Assembly: GCA_965214865.1 (NCBI GenBank) | Contig: CBDCCN010000002.1 | Span: 210,026 to 274,025 of the forward strand | Reading direction: 5' to 3' | DNA: 64,000 bases | Origin: Vicinamibacterales bacterium | GTDB lineage: Bacteria; Acidobacteriota; Vicinamibacteria; Vicinamibacterales; UBA8438 | Shown: piece after piece, positions 47,843 to 57,063 of the stretch | Layout of the letters: every line of letters starts with the position of its first letter | Numbering within the stretch: position 1 is the stretch's first letter | Notes under the pieces: generated by a model | What the model was told of the DNA's origin: nothing | The model's input: the letters and a program-made list of their open reading frames with translations, nothing else | Database searches by the model: none | Position numbers and translations under genes: made by a program

Positions 47843-48143
47843 GCGCGACCTTCCTGTGTTTCCGGCGCCGGGCGCGCGATCCGGGGTTTCAGCGCGGCGC
47901 TCGGCCGTCGGGGAATATCCGGGATGCAGCGAACGCCCCACCGCGCACGATCGCCGCGATGGACGGAGCGCCGGCCCCGACCGCAACGATTATAGTTGCC
48001 GCGCGAGTCGGGTCTCCGGGCGTCCCGGGCGTCACTGCGCGCGGGACGACGAAGGCCCCTGGCGGGCATCCCCGCCGCCGACGCCGCCGAATCCGCTCCA
48101 GCACGATCGGCGCCCGTCGGCGGCGCCGGCTTATACTGGACCG

Positions 48144-48935
48144 ATGCCTCCCCAGGCCGCGGAACACCTCGATCCGGAATCCCTGGTGGCGCGGATCATC
48201 GCCGAGCTCCAGGCCAATCCGGCGGCGCAGCGGATGCTGCTGCGCGCCATGCTGACGAACGAGTTCCTGGGGATGCCGGCGCGTCTGGACGCCATCGAGC
48301 CCGACGTCGGCGAGATCAAGCAGCGCGTCACCACACTGGAGCGCGACGTCGCCGAGATCAAGCAGCGCGTCACCACCTTGGAGCACGATGTCGGCGAGAT
48401 CAAGCAGCGCGTCACCACACTGGAGCGCGACGTCGCCGAGATCAAGCAGCGCGTCACCACCTTGGAGCACGACGTCGGCGAGATCAAGATCGACGTGGCG
48501 GCCCTCAGGGGATACAGCCTGGAAGTCAGGATGCACAAGTGGATCCGCCCGTTCCTCAGCCAGAAGCTGGGGTTACGCCGGGCACACGTCGTGCAGGGGG
48601 CCGTTACGGACCCGGACCGCGATCTGCAGGAGGCGGTGTACGAAGCGGTCGATACGGATCGCATCACGATCGGACAGGAAGCCCGCGTCTTCGCGACCGA
48701 CCTCATCCTGCGGGCGCGCGCGAAGGACCGGGCCAACGTGTGGGTCGCAGTCGAGGCGTCCAACGCTGTCGACGGACGCGACGTCGAACGGGCGCGCGAG
48801 TCGGCAGACGCACTTCAGGCGATCTTCGGGGAGCAATCGACGGCCGTCGTAACGGGGCATTCCATCCCGGCCGAACCGCGGCGACTCGCAGCCGCGAGCG
48901 GCGTCGAGGTGTTCCTCGTCGCCCCCAACCGCTGA
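48144..48935 (+). CDS. Coiled-coil repeat protein with C-terminal PD-(D/E)xK-like (DUF3782-like) domain
   Basis: It has 4.4 tandem 14-aa units, DV(G/A)EIKQRVTTLE(R/H). The C-terminal segment ..ATDLILRARAKDRANVWVAVEASNAVDGRDVERA.. resembles nuclease-fold D...E.S/K cores. Confidence 0.6.
   Translation: MPPQAAEHLDPESLVARIIAELQANPAAQRMLLRAMLTNEFLGMPARLDAIEPDVGEIKQRVTTLERDVAEIKQRVTTLEHDVGEIKQRVTTLERDVAEIKQRVTTLEHDVGEIKIDVAALRGYSLEVRMHKWIRPFLSQKLGLRRAHVVQGAVTDPDRDLQEAVYEAVDTDRITIGQEARVFATDLILRARAKDRANVWVAVEASNAVDGRDVERARESADALQAIFGEQSTAVVTGHSIPAEPRRLAAASGVEVFLVAPNR
48303..48488 (+). repeat. Coding tandem repeat: 42-bp unit x4.4, organised as a perfect 84-bp duplication
   Basis: Units start at 48303, 48345, 48387, 48429 and 48471. 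Units 1 and 2 are repeated as units 3 and 4; a C/T difference at 48305 vs 48389 is the only one I noted. Confidence 0.9.
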
Positions 48936-49043
48936 CCGTACGATCGCCCCGACCGGTGGCTTGCGAGCCCCCACGGGTTTCATGCCAATCCCGGATCGGC
49001 CGGCGCGCGGCGCAGCGACGCAGCCTGCTTCAGGCGGGCGCGT

Positions 49044-50603
49044 CTACAACCGTCGCCGCGTGACCGGTCGGTCGCCTGACAGCATGGCGTAGAACCCGTC
49101 GCGGTCCCCGGACGTGTCGGTCGTGAACCGCGAAATCACCGGGATGACGACCAGCGGCACGAAGGTCGTGACGTAGGACGGGTCGATGCCTTCCCCGTCC
49201 ACCGTGAGGCAGTAGACGAGCAGCCGGTACAGGGCCGAGGCGCCTTCCGGTGCGCTGATCCCGGCGGCGAGGGCCAGCTTGAGGAGCGCGAACCAGATCA
49301 GCCCCGCCCCGTAGCCGGTCGCCATCCCCCACCAGGCGCCCCGCTCGGTCGTCCGCGGCCAGTAGATGACGTAGCCGACGGCGATGGCCGGCGGCACCAC
49401 CATCGCGAAGCCGAACAGCAGGAGGTCGAGAATCGAGATGCTGGTCCGGGTGGCGACCACCCAGGCGGCCAGGGCGGCGACGACGGCGTAGACGACGGTC
49501 GTCGCCCGGTAGGCCCGGAGCCTTCGCGCCGAGTCGTAGCGGCGGGTGAACGGCAGCCAGTCGCGGACGAACATCGTCGCGCTCGACAGCAGGATCGGGC
49601 CGCCGGACGAGATGACCGCGGCGAGCACCGCGGCCAGGGCCACGCCGCCGACCACCGGGCTGATCTCCGAGGCGAGCGTCGTCAGGTTGCGGTAGCCGCC
49701 GAGTCCGGCGTCGAGCCCGTAGCGCGCCGTCGTCAGGATGGCGATCAGGCCGGCCAGCATCGGCATCAGGGCCGCGATGACTCCCGCAGCGACGAACGCG
49801 GGCGCGATGTGCCGCTCGTTCCGCGCCGCCGCCGCGTAGTTCGTGTAGACCGAGGCGGCCGGCGTGTGGATCGCGGCCGAGAAGATCATCGCGAAAACGG
49901 GGAGCCACCCCGCGCCGGTGAATCCCCACCACGCCGCGGTGTCGCGCGACGCCGCCGCCAGGTGCCCGCCGACGGCCGCCGTCACCCCGCTCCAGCCCCC
50001 GAGCTGCTCGATGCCCAACAGCCCGACCCCCAGCAGCCCGACGAGCACCACGACGCAATGGATGAGATTCGTGACCGCCGTCCCCCACAGGCCCCCGAGC
50101 GAAACGTAGGTGGCGAAGATGGCGGCCGCCACCAGCACCCCGGAGAACATCGACAGCGGCGTCAGGGTGCTGACGATGACGCCGATGACGTACGCCTCGA
50201 TCAGGTTGACGATGACGTACTCGGTCTGCACGCAGAGGCTGGTCAGCCACTGGCAGCGGCGGTTCTCCCAGCGGAGCGTGAAGATCTCTCCGACGGTCTG
50301 CAGCCGCAGCCGGCGGTAGTGGACCGCGAAGAACAGGCCGACGAGCGACAGCGCCAGGAACGTGGCGACGCCGTACCACCAGAGGTTCCAGACCCCGCCG
50401 CTGATGACGTCGCCGGCCACGCCGTAGGTGCCGGCGCCGCCGATGCGCGTCCCCGCGACGCCCACCGCCACCAGCACCGTCGACATCCCGCCGCCGGCCG
50501 CCGCCCAGCCGGTCGACGTGGTCGTCCGCCGCGCCATCAGGCTGCCGATGGCGGTGGCGGTGATCAGGTAGAGGACGATGACGCCGACCGCGATCGTGTC
50601 CAT
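49044..50603 (-). CDS. Sodium:solute symporter (SSS) family transporter
   Basis: 519 aa and highly hydrophobic, with roughly 13 TM-like segments. The N-terminus MDTIAVGVIVLYLITATAIGSLMARR is typical of SSS proteins. Confidence 0.8.
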   Translation of the reverse strand: MDTIAVGVIVLYLITATAIGSLMARRTTTSTGWAAAGGGMSTVLVAVGVAGTRIGGAGTYGVAGDVISGGVWNLWWYGVATFLALSLVGLFFAVHYRRLRLQTVGEIFTLRWENRRCQWLTSLCVQTEYVIVNLIEAYVIGVIVSTLTPLSMFSGVLVAAAIFATYVSLGGLWGTAVTNLIHCVVVLVGLLGVGLLGIEQLGGWSGVTAAVGGHLAAASRDTAAWWGFTGAGWLPVFAMIFSAAIHTPAASVYTNYAAAARNERHIAPAFVAAGVIAALMPMLAGLIAILTTARYGLDAGLGGYRNLTTLASEISPVVGGVALAAVLAAVISSGGPILLSSATMFVRDWLPFTRRYDSARRLRAYRATTVVYAVVAALAAWVVATRTSISILDLLLFGFAMVVPPAIAVGYVIYWPRTTERGAWWGMATGYGAGLIWFALLKLALAAGISAPEGASALYRLLVYCLTVDGEGIDPSYVTTFVPLVVIPVISRFTTDTSGDRDGFYAMLSGDRPVTRRRL

Positions 50604-50761
50604 GGGGGCGCTCGGTTCGGGCTGGACGTCTGGTCCGCCGACTCGCACCCCTGTCCGCGCGACGCCGACGACCGGCAGACCTTGCCGCTCCGCCGGTCGT
50701 TCGATCGAGCAGGCAGCGAGTCGGCCGTGGCGACGGGCAGGAAACCGCCACGACAGGACCG

Positions 50762-51295
50762 CTAGTGCGTGATCGCCTCGACGATGGCCTCGTACGCCGC
50801 GCGCGCCTTGGCGCGCATCTCGTCGTCCGTGGCGTCCTGGATGGGGTGCGGCACGTAGACGGCCTTGTCCGCCACGTCCGGCATGCCGAGCGCCACGGAC
50901 TGCCGCTCCGCCGCCTCGACGAACTCGGTGGACGCCACCATCACCGTGGGAATGCCCCGCGCCTCGTAGTCGACCAGGTCGTGCACACTGCACGACGTGC
51001 AGGACCCTCAATCGGCGAGGGCCTGAATCACCGCCTTGCACCGCTCGGCCACCTCCTCGCGGAGGTCGGCCGGGGCCGGCCGCGTGAAGGTCGGCTTGCG
51101 CAACCGGACGACGTCGAGCCCCGGCTGCCGGGAACGCAGCAGCGTCTCGAGCTCGTCGCAGAAGACGTCGCCGCGCGGTTTCGAGATGTCGACGATCCCG
51201 ACCGTGCCGGACAGCGCGCCGCCCCGCGCCGCGAGGCGACGGCCGATCGGCTCGCGTTCGTCGGTCGGATCGAGTATGACGGAAGAGTCGTGCAT
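50762..51295 (-). CDS. UGSC-motif selenoprotein, paralog 2 (in-frame TGA = Sec at 51008..51010)
   Basis: ATG at 51295 follows GGGAGG. ..AVIQALAD-TGA-GSCTSCSVHDLVDYEARGIPTVMV..VPHPI.. continues in frame to a TAG at 50762. A hairpin follows the TGA. Confidence 0.75.
50978..50996 (-). promoter_or_regulatory. Candidate bacterial SECIS hairpin (GUCGUGC-AGUGU-GCACGAC)
   Basis: A 7-bp stem starts 12 nt 3' of the UGA. Its position and loop match the first locus. Confidence 0.5.
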
Positions 51296-51401
51296 GCGGC
51301 CTCCCGACTGGATGCGGCCCACTCTAGCACACCCTGTTCCGTGACTCGCCCGGGCCGCTCCAATCCTCCGGCCACCTGATCGCTCGTGATAGCATGAATT
51401 C

Positions 51402-51608
51402 GTGTTCGACACTCATGCGATAGCCCGCGCCTTGGCAAACGCCGACCTCACGCCGGCACAGGTTGACGCAATCACCGACGCCGTGCGGCAGGCGGCGGAA
51501 CACGAAGGACGGGATCTCGTCACCCGCGCCGACCTCTATCGCGCGCTCCTGCTCCAGACGGGCGTGCTCGTCGGGGCTGGGATCGCCGTCCTGCGGTTGC
51601 TCGGCTGA
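51402..51608 (+). CDS. Small DUF1640-like protein with C-terminal TM segment
   Basis: MFDTHAIARALANADLTPAQVDAITDAVRQA....DLVTRADL... then GVLVGAGIAVLRLLG. Confidence 0.5.
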   Translation: MFDTHAIARALANADLTPAQVDAITDAVRQAAEHEGRDLVTRADLYRALLLQTGVLVGAGIAVLRLLG

Positions 51609-51642
51609 CCCCTACGGGTCCGTGTAGAACAACTTCAGGAAA

Positions 51643-53309
51643 CTACTCTTGCGTCGGCGCCGGAACCGGGGCATCGATCACCTGCGTAACCGCCTTCGAT
51701 CCCAGCCCGCCGCTCGCCCACCCGCCGACCGCGGCGGAGAACTTCCCCGCCGTGCCGCCGGCCACCATGATCAGGACGTTCTCCGGCTGCGAGAACTTCG
51801 GGAACGGCCGGTCCAGCGCCGCCGCCGTCGGGCGGCCGTCGGGACCGAGCCAGTCCCGCGGCAACGCGCGGACGCCGGTCCCCTTCTGGCATTCCTCGTC
51901 GGGGAGCACGTCGCGCAACGGGCGGGCCGTCACCTCCTGAATCCGGGCGCGGAGGTCGTCCTTCGTAAAGCCGTCGCGCTCGAAGGTGCGCGCGTGCTCG
52001 GGCGAGACCACCAGCAGCGCCTGATCCATGCCGTGCAGCTTGACGTGGCGATGGCTTCGAGCGAGAACCCCATGCTGGCGGCCAGCGACCGGGAGCTGCG
52101 CGAGAGCTGGTCGCGGATGGCGCGCGGCGCCTCGGCGGCGAAGACGGTGACGGTGCTCTGGCCGCGGTCGAAGCCGCGTTCGACGTGGAGCGGCTCCCAG
52201 CAGCTCGCCTCTTCGTTCTCGCCGATGCAGGCGCCGAACTTGCCGGGCTGGCCGAGCGTCGCCATGTCGACCTCGCCGGGACGGCCGCCGCCGACGTTGC
52301 GGACCACGAGCTGCAGGGCGCGGCCGATGGTGGCGTTGGCGCGCGTCCCCTGGCCGAAGACGTTGCGCCCGCAGTTGAGCCCGATCGCGTGGCGGACGGG
52401 TCCGTTGACGACGAGGAGCGGACCGACGAAGTAGGTGGTGGCCAGCACGCCGTGCAGGTTGAAGGCGTCGGTGCAGGCCGCTTCGACCGCGGCGATGACC
52501 ACCGGCAGGTACTCGGGCCTGCACCCCGCCATGACGGCGTTGACGGCGATCTTCTCCACCGTGGCCGGGGCCAGGTTGGGCGGCACGTCGGCCACCACGT
52601 CGGCGGGCCGCCGCGCGGTGCCGGCCAGCATCCGCGCCACCCGTTCCTCGGTCGGCGGCACCACCGGCAGGCCGTCGGTCAGGCCCTGCCGGTCCAGAAA
52701 CTCGAACGGGTCGAGGTCGGCCGGCATGCGGACCCGCCGTGCGGCCAGCCTCGACGAGTCGCGCCGGGCCGCCAGCCGCCGGGCGACGTCCGGATCGTGG
52801 ACCTTCGATCCGCAGCCGGGCCGCACGTCGGGCAGCGGCTCGCCCTCGCGCTCGACCACCGGCGCCGGGCTGCCGCACCGTTCGGCGGCGAGGCCGACCA
52901 GCGCCAGCAGGTCCGCCCGGCCGAAGCCCTCGAAGCTCGCCAGCACGTTGGCGTCCTCGGCGGCCAGCACCAGGGCGGGCACGGCGTCGAAGCCGTACTC
53001 CTCGGAGACGAGCAGCTCGGCGTCGAGGGCACGGGGGAACGTGAGTCCGTGCCGGTCTGCGAACGCGGCGGTCAGCGCCGCGTCGTCCTGCGACACGCCC
53101 AGGACGCGCAGGCCGGACCCGGACAGCGCCCGGTGCACCCGCTCGACGAGCGGCGCGGTCAGGTCGCACGTGGCGCAGTCGTGCTTGAAGAAGAAAATCA
53201 GCGTCGCGGGCGCGGCAGGACCATCGGGCCCGAACCCGCAGGGGGCGCCCGCGGCGTCGCGCAGCGCGAACGGGGCGGCCTTCGTGCCGGGAGTGGGAAG
53301 CGTCGACAT
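51643..53309 (-). pseudogene. Redoxin (thioredoxin-fold, CATC) domain fused to the UGSC-partner domain; frame disrupted near 52050
   Basis: The N-terminus LIFFFKHDCATCDL..LGVSQDD is AhpC/TSA/TlpA-like. It is followed by GLTDGLPVVPPT..AGCRPEY..FNLHGVLATT..RANATIGRA. After ..SLAASMGFSLEAIA the homologous C-terminus (HVKLHGMDQALLVVSPEHARTF...MVAGGTAGKFSAAVGGW..) continues in the 51643..53520 frame. Confidence 0.7.
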
Positions 53310-53340
53310 GGCGACGCCAGTATAAAATAGGGGCCGGTCG

Positions 53341-54822
53341 ATGAAGTCCGCGCTGACGGGTCTGCTGGCGGTCGTGATGGGCGCCAGCGCTGTCGTCGCC
53401 GCGCCGCGTCACGCCTTGTCCGCCTCTACTGCCTCTCCGGGAAAACACCGAGCGCTGTCCAGCCACGCCGGCGACGGTTCCGACGAACGGTTCGTCCCGG
53501 TAGCCGGCCCCAGGGAACACAGGGCGTTACCGATCCGCGGCGGCAGCGGGGACTTCGTCCGCATGAACGACTCGAGCGCCGGGGCGGCGCAGCCACCGCG
53601 GCAGCCGAACGGCGCCGACTCGCTCCGCGTCTTCCTCGACTGCGGCCCGTGCGACGACGAGTTCCTCCGCCGCGAGATCACCTTCGTGAACTACGTGCGC
53701 GACCGGCGCGACGCGCAGGTCCACGTGCTGGTCACCCGCGAGAACACCGGCGGCGGCGGGGACGCGTGGACGCTGGACTTCTACGGCCTCGACGAATTCA
53801 CCGGCATGGACGACCAGCTCGTCTTCTACACGACGCAGGACGACACCGACGACAGCGAGCGCCGCGCGCTGGCGCAGATGCTGCGCCTCGGCCTGGTCCG
53901 GTACGCCGCGCAGACGCCGCTCGGCCAGCAGCTCGAGGTGTCGACCCGCCCGAGCGGACCGCTGGGCGCGCGCCGCGCGGCGAACGCCCGGCCGGAAGAC
54001 GATCCCTGGAACTTCTGGGTCTTCCGCACTCGGCTCAACATGTTCTTCGACGCGGAAGAGCGCGAGTCGACGCGGTCGCTCAGCGGGTCGCTCTCGGCCA
54101 ACCGCGACACGGAGATGTGGAAGATGCGCGTCGGCTTCTTCACCAACTACCGGGAGGACGCCTTCGAGCTCACCGACTCCACGTTCACCAACGTCCGGCG
54201 CAGCTCCTCGCTCGACGCCCGCTTCGTCAAGAGCGTCGGCGAGCACGTGGGCATCGGCTTCGGCGGGTCGGCCATCAGCTCCAACTTCCGGAACCAGGAC
54301 CTGACGCTGCGCGCGGCGCCCGCGATCGAATACAACTTCTTCCCGTACTCCGAGTCGACGCGGCGGCAGTTCACGATGACCTACACCGCCGGGTACAACG
54401 CCTTCAACTATCTCGAGCCGACGATCTTCGACCGGCTGGAGGAGCGGCGCGCCAACCACGCCGTGCAGAGCTCGTTCCTGGTCAACGAGCCGTGGGGCGA
54501 GAGCGAGATCACCATGGAGTTCTCGCAGTTCCTCGACCAGCCGGACCAGCGCCGGCTCGTGCTGTACGGCGAGCTCGACATCCGTCTGTTCCGCGGGTTC
54601 TTCCTCCGCTTCGACGCCGACAGCTCGCTGATCCGCGACCAGATCTACCTGCCCCGCCGCAACGCCACCGACGCCGAGATCCTGGTGCGCCAGCGCCAGC
54701 TCGCCACCGACTACGAGTGGCAGTTCCGGATCGGGTTCACCTACTCGTTCGGGTCGATCTTCAACAACGTGGTGAACTCGCGGTTCGCCGGATCGAGCGG
54801 CGGCTTCACGCGCGCCTTCTGA
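53341..54822 (+). CDS. Putative outer-membrane beta-barrel protein
   Basis: Signal peptide MKSALTGLLAVVMGASAVVAA. The C-terminal half has alternating beta-strand-like patterns and ends ..GGFTRAF (terminal Phe). Confidence 0.6.
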   Translation: MKSALTGLLAVVMGASAVVAAPRHALSASTASPGKHRALSSHAGDGSDERFVPVAGPREHRALPIRGGSGDFVRMNDSSAGAAQPPRQPNGADSLRVFLDCGPCDDEFLRREITFVNYVRDRRDAQVHVLVTRENTGGGGDAWTLDFYGLDEFTGMDDQLVFYTTQDDTDDSERRALAQMLRLGLVRYAAQTPLGQQLEVSTRPSGPLGARRAANARPEDDPWNFWVFRTRLNMFFDAEERESTRSLSGSLSANRDTEMWKMRVGFFTNYREDAFELTDSTFTNVRRSSSLDARFVKSVGEHVGIGFGGSAISSNFRNQDLTLRAAPAIEYNFFPYSESTRRQFTMTYTAGYNAFNYLEPTIFDRLEERRANHAVQSSFLVNEPWGESEITMEFSQFLDQPDQRRLVLYGELDIRLFRGFFLRFDADSSLIRDQIYLPRRNATDAEILVRQRQLATDYEWQFRIGFTYSFGSIFNNVVNSRFAGSSGGFTRAF

Positions 54823-55016
54823 CCGACCCGCCCGCGCGACGTCCCCGCGGGTCAGTAGAACGGTGCAGACTCCCGGTGAAGGTTGGTTTGGGCGGCCGGG
54901 ACGAACGCGGGAAGCGGAGACGGGAATCGATCGGAGTCTCGGCGCCGCCCGGCCATCCGAGGGTCTCCGGTGGTCCGAGCCGGATATGACGAGGTTGGCG
55001 TTCCGCAATGCCGGCG

Positions 55017-56183
55017 TCAGCAGAACGCCCGGATCAACTCGACCAGCACGTCCCGGCAGGCGTGCACGGAATCCATCTCGACGTACTCCTCCGGACCGTG
55101 GAGGCCCGCGCCGGTCGGGCCGAACAGCACCGCCGGCGTCCCCGCGCGCCCCAGAATCGCGGCGTCGGTCCAGAAGGACATGCCGGTCGGGCCGGCGTCG
55201 AGCCCGCGCCGGCGAAGGACCTGCCGCAACTCGCGGCAAATCGGGTGGCCGTCCGCGATTTCGTGGGGTGGACGCGTCAGCAGTTGCCGCGCCGAGGCGT
55301 CGAAGTCACCGTCCTCCTGCGCGAGCGATGCCAGCGCCTCCCGGACTTCCGTCAAGCCGATGTCCGACGGCTCTCCCGTCACCGTGCGGCGCTCGACCCC
55401 GAGCACGCAGCGGTCGGGATAGACGCTGAGGGCCTGCCCGCCGTGAATGGTCGACGCGTGGAGTGACGCCCTTCCCAGCCGCGGGTGGGTCGGCCCCGCT
55501 TCGAGACCGGCCTCGACCGCCTCCAGTCGTCCGAGCACGCGGCCCATGTGCAGAATGGCGTCGCGTCCGTCGGCGGGGCGGCTGCCGTGGGCGGCGCGCC
55601 CGCGCGTCTCGACCTCCACCCACTCGAACCCCTTGTGCGCGGTCGCCACCCGCAGATCCGTCGGCTCCGTCACCACCGCCCCGTCGGCCGAGTGCTCTTC
55701 GACCAGCGCTTCCGCGCCGGCGCTGGCATGCTCCTCGTCGGCCACCGCCGCCACCACCAGGCGCCCGCGCCGGAGCCCTCCGCTCCGCGCTGCCTCGACG
55801 GCCGCGTCGACCATCGCGGCCACGCCGCTCTTCATGTCCTGGCTGCCCCGCCCGTGGAGCCGTCCGTCCCTGACGACCGGGTCGAACGGCGCGGTCATCC
55901 CCTCGACGCCCACCGTGTCCGTGTGGCCGCAGAGCAGCAGCGCGCGGCCCGGCGCCGGGCCCTCGACGACTCCGACGACGTTCGGGCGACCGGGCGCCAC
56001 GTCGGTCAGCTCTACGTCGATACCGCCGGCCCGAAGCGCGGCCGCGATCCGCCCGGCTACGGCCGCCTCGCCGGCGCCGCCGGGGACCAGCGAAGGATTG
56101 ACCGAATCGATGGCGATCAGGTCGCGCGCCAAGCGGATGACGGAATCCAAGAAACTGGTGCTCCCGCGTATCGGCGCCAGCAC
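55017..56183 (-). CDS. M20 family metallopeptidase (ArgE/DapE-like deacylase)
   Basis: LIAIDSVNPS.., LLLCGHTDTVG, GRGSQDMKSG and AVADEEHAS. The start is uncertain: GTG at 56183 is preferred because the ATG at 56390 would overlap the divergent gene at 56345. Confidence 0.8.
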   Translation of the reverse strand: MLAPIRGSTSFLDSVIRLARDLIAIDSVNPSLVPGGAGEAAVAGRIAAALRAGGIDVELTDVAPGRPNVVGVVEGPAPGRALLLCGHTDTVGVEGMTAPFDPVVRDGRLHGRGSQDMKSGVAAMVDAAVEAARSGGLRRGRLVVAAVADEEHASAGAEALVEEHSADGAVVTEPTDLRVATAHKGFEWVEVETRGRAAHGSRPADGRDAILHMGRVLGRLEAVEAGLEAGPTHPRLGRASLHASTIHGGQALSVYPDRCVLGVERRTVTGEPSDIGLTEVREALASLAQEDGDFDASARQLLTRPPHEIADGHPICRELRQVLRRRGLDAGPTGMSFWTDAAILGRAGTPAVLFGPTGAGLHGPEEYVEMDSVHACRDVLVELIRAFC

Positions 56184-56344
56184 AGGATCTGCGACCGGCC
56201 AACGCGAATCGATGGTAGCAGCCGGATGAGCCGTTTCCCGGCGGCCTGACGCATTCCCCTGCAAATGCGCCGGCGACACCGGATGGCCACGGGCACGGAG
56301 CACCTGGTTCCAGCCTCGGCATCCCCGGCGCGGAGGGACACAAG

Positions 56345-56797
56345 ATGACTCGACCCACTCTCGTTCTCGGTCTCCTGACGGTGGCGGCAACGGTAGCCGC
56401 GTCGCCCGCCGAGGCGCAGACCACCTCAGACCACCTCTCCTTCGACCGGCTGGCGCTCCTGATCAATCAGGGCGACCGGATCAGCGTAACCGACCGCAAC
56501 GGGCGTGAACTCCACGGACGGCTCATCGATCTGTCCCCCGGCGTGCTCTCGTTGCGTATCGATTACGCCCGCCACGACCTGGAAGAAGCCGAAATCTCCA
56601 TCGTCCGCCGGCGGCATCGCGACTCGCTCAAGAACGGCGCCATCTCGGGATTCATCTCCGGCGCCGTCGTGGCGGCGATTCTGATGAGGGGCGCTGGGGA
56701 ATACCACCCTGGCCACTTTGGGTTTGGTCTTCTCTTCGGAGCCGCCGGGGCGGCTATCGGCATCGGATTCGACGCGGCGTACGCCGCTCGCAGGTGA
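56345..56797 (+). CDS. Hypothetical secreted/membrane protein
   Basis: Signal peptide (LVLGLLTVAATVAASPAEAQ) and a C-terminal Gly-rich TM-like region. Confidence 0.55.
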   Translation: MTRPTLVLGLLTVAATVAASPAEAQTTSDHLSFDRLALLINQGDRISVTDRNGRELHGRLIDLSPGVLSLRIDYARHDLEEAEISIVRRRHRDSLKNGAISGFISGAVVAAILMRGAGEYHPGHFGFGLLFGAAGAAIGIGFDAAYAARR

Positions 56798-57063
56798 TCT
56801 ACACGGCGCGGCGTTCCACGCGGCGGGTTGCCGTCTCCCCCCTGCTGTCGCGCGACCGCCGGGGTCTGTCGGTGTCGCTCGGGTTCTGAACCGTCGACTG
56901 GTTCTCGGACGGCCTCGGTCCGAGTTCCGCAGCCCTGCCGGCCGCCGGTGCGGCGTGAGGCAGACGTCCGCCCACGCCGCCTTGCGGTCGAGGAGCGTGG
57001 GGGAGCCGGCCGACGAACTGCAGGGCGTCTCGGCCGTGGCGAGGCGCCTGCGGCCGGCCGTCG

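Noticed and set aside
48303-48488. CRISPR array
   Set aside because: The repeats are contiguous with no unique spacers. They are in frame and encode a heptad-like coiled coil inside a longer ORF.
49030-50751. 573-aa minus ORF in the transporter region
   Set aside because: It is the wrong frame of the same strand. The 49044 frame gives a convincing multi-TM SSS transporter, whereas this frame is Arg/Gly/Pro-rich.
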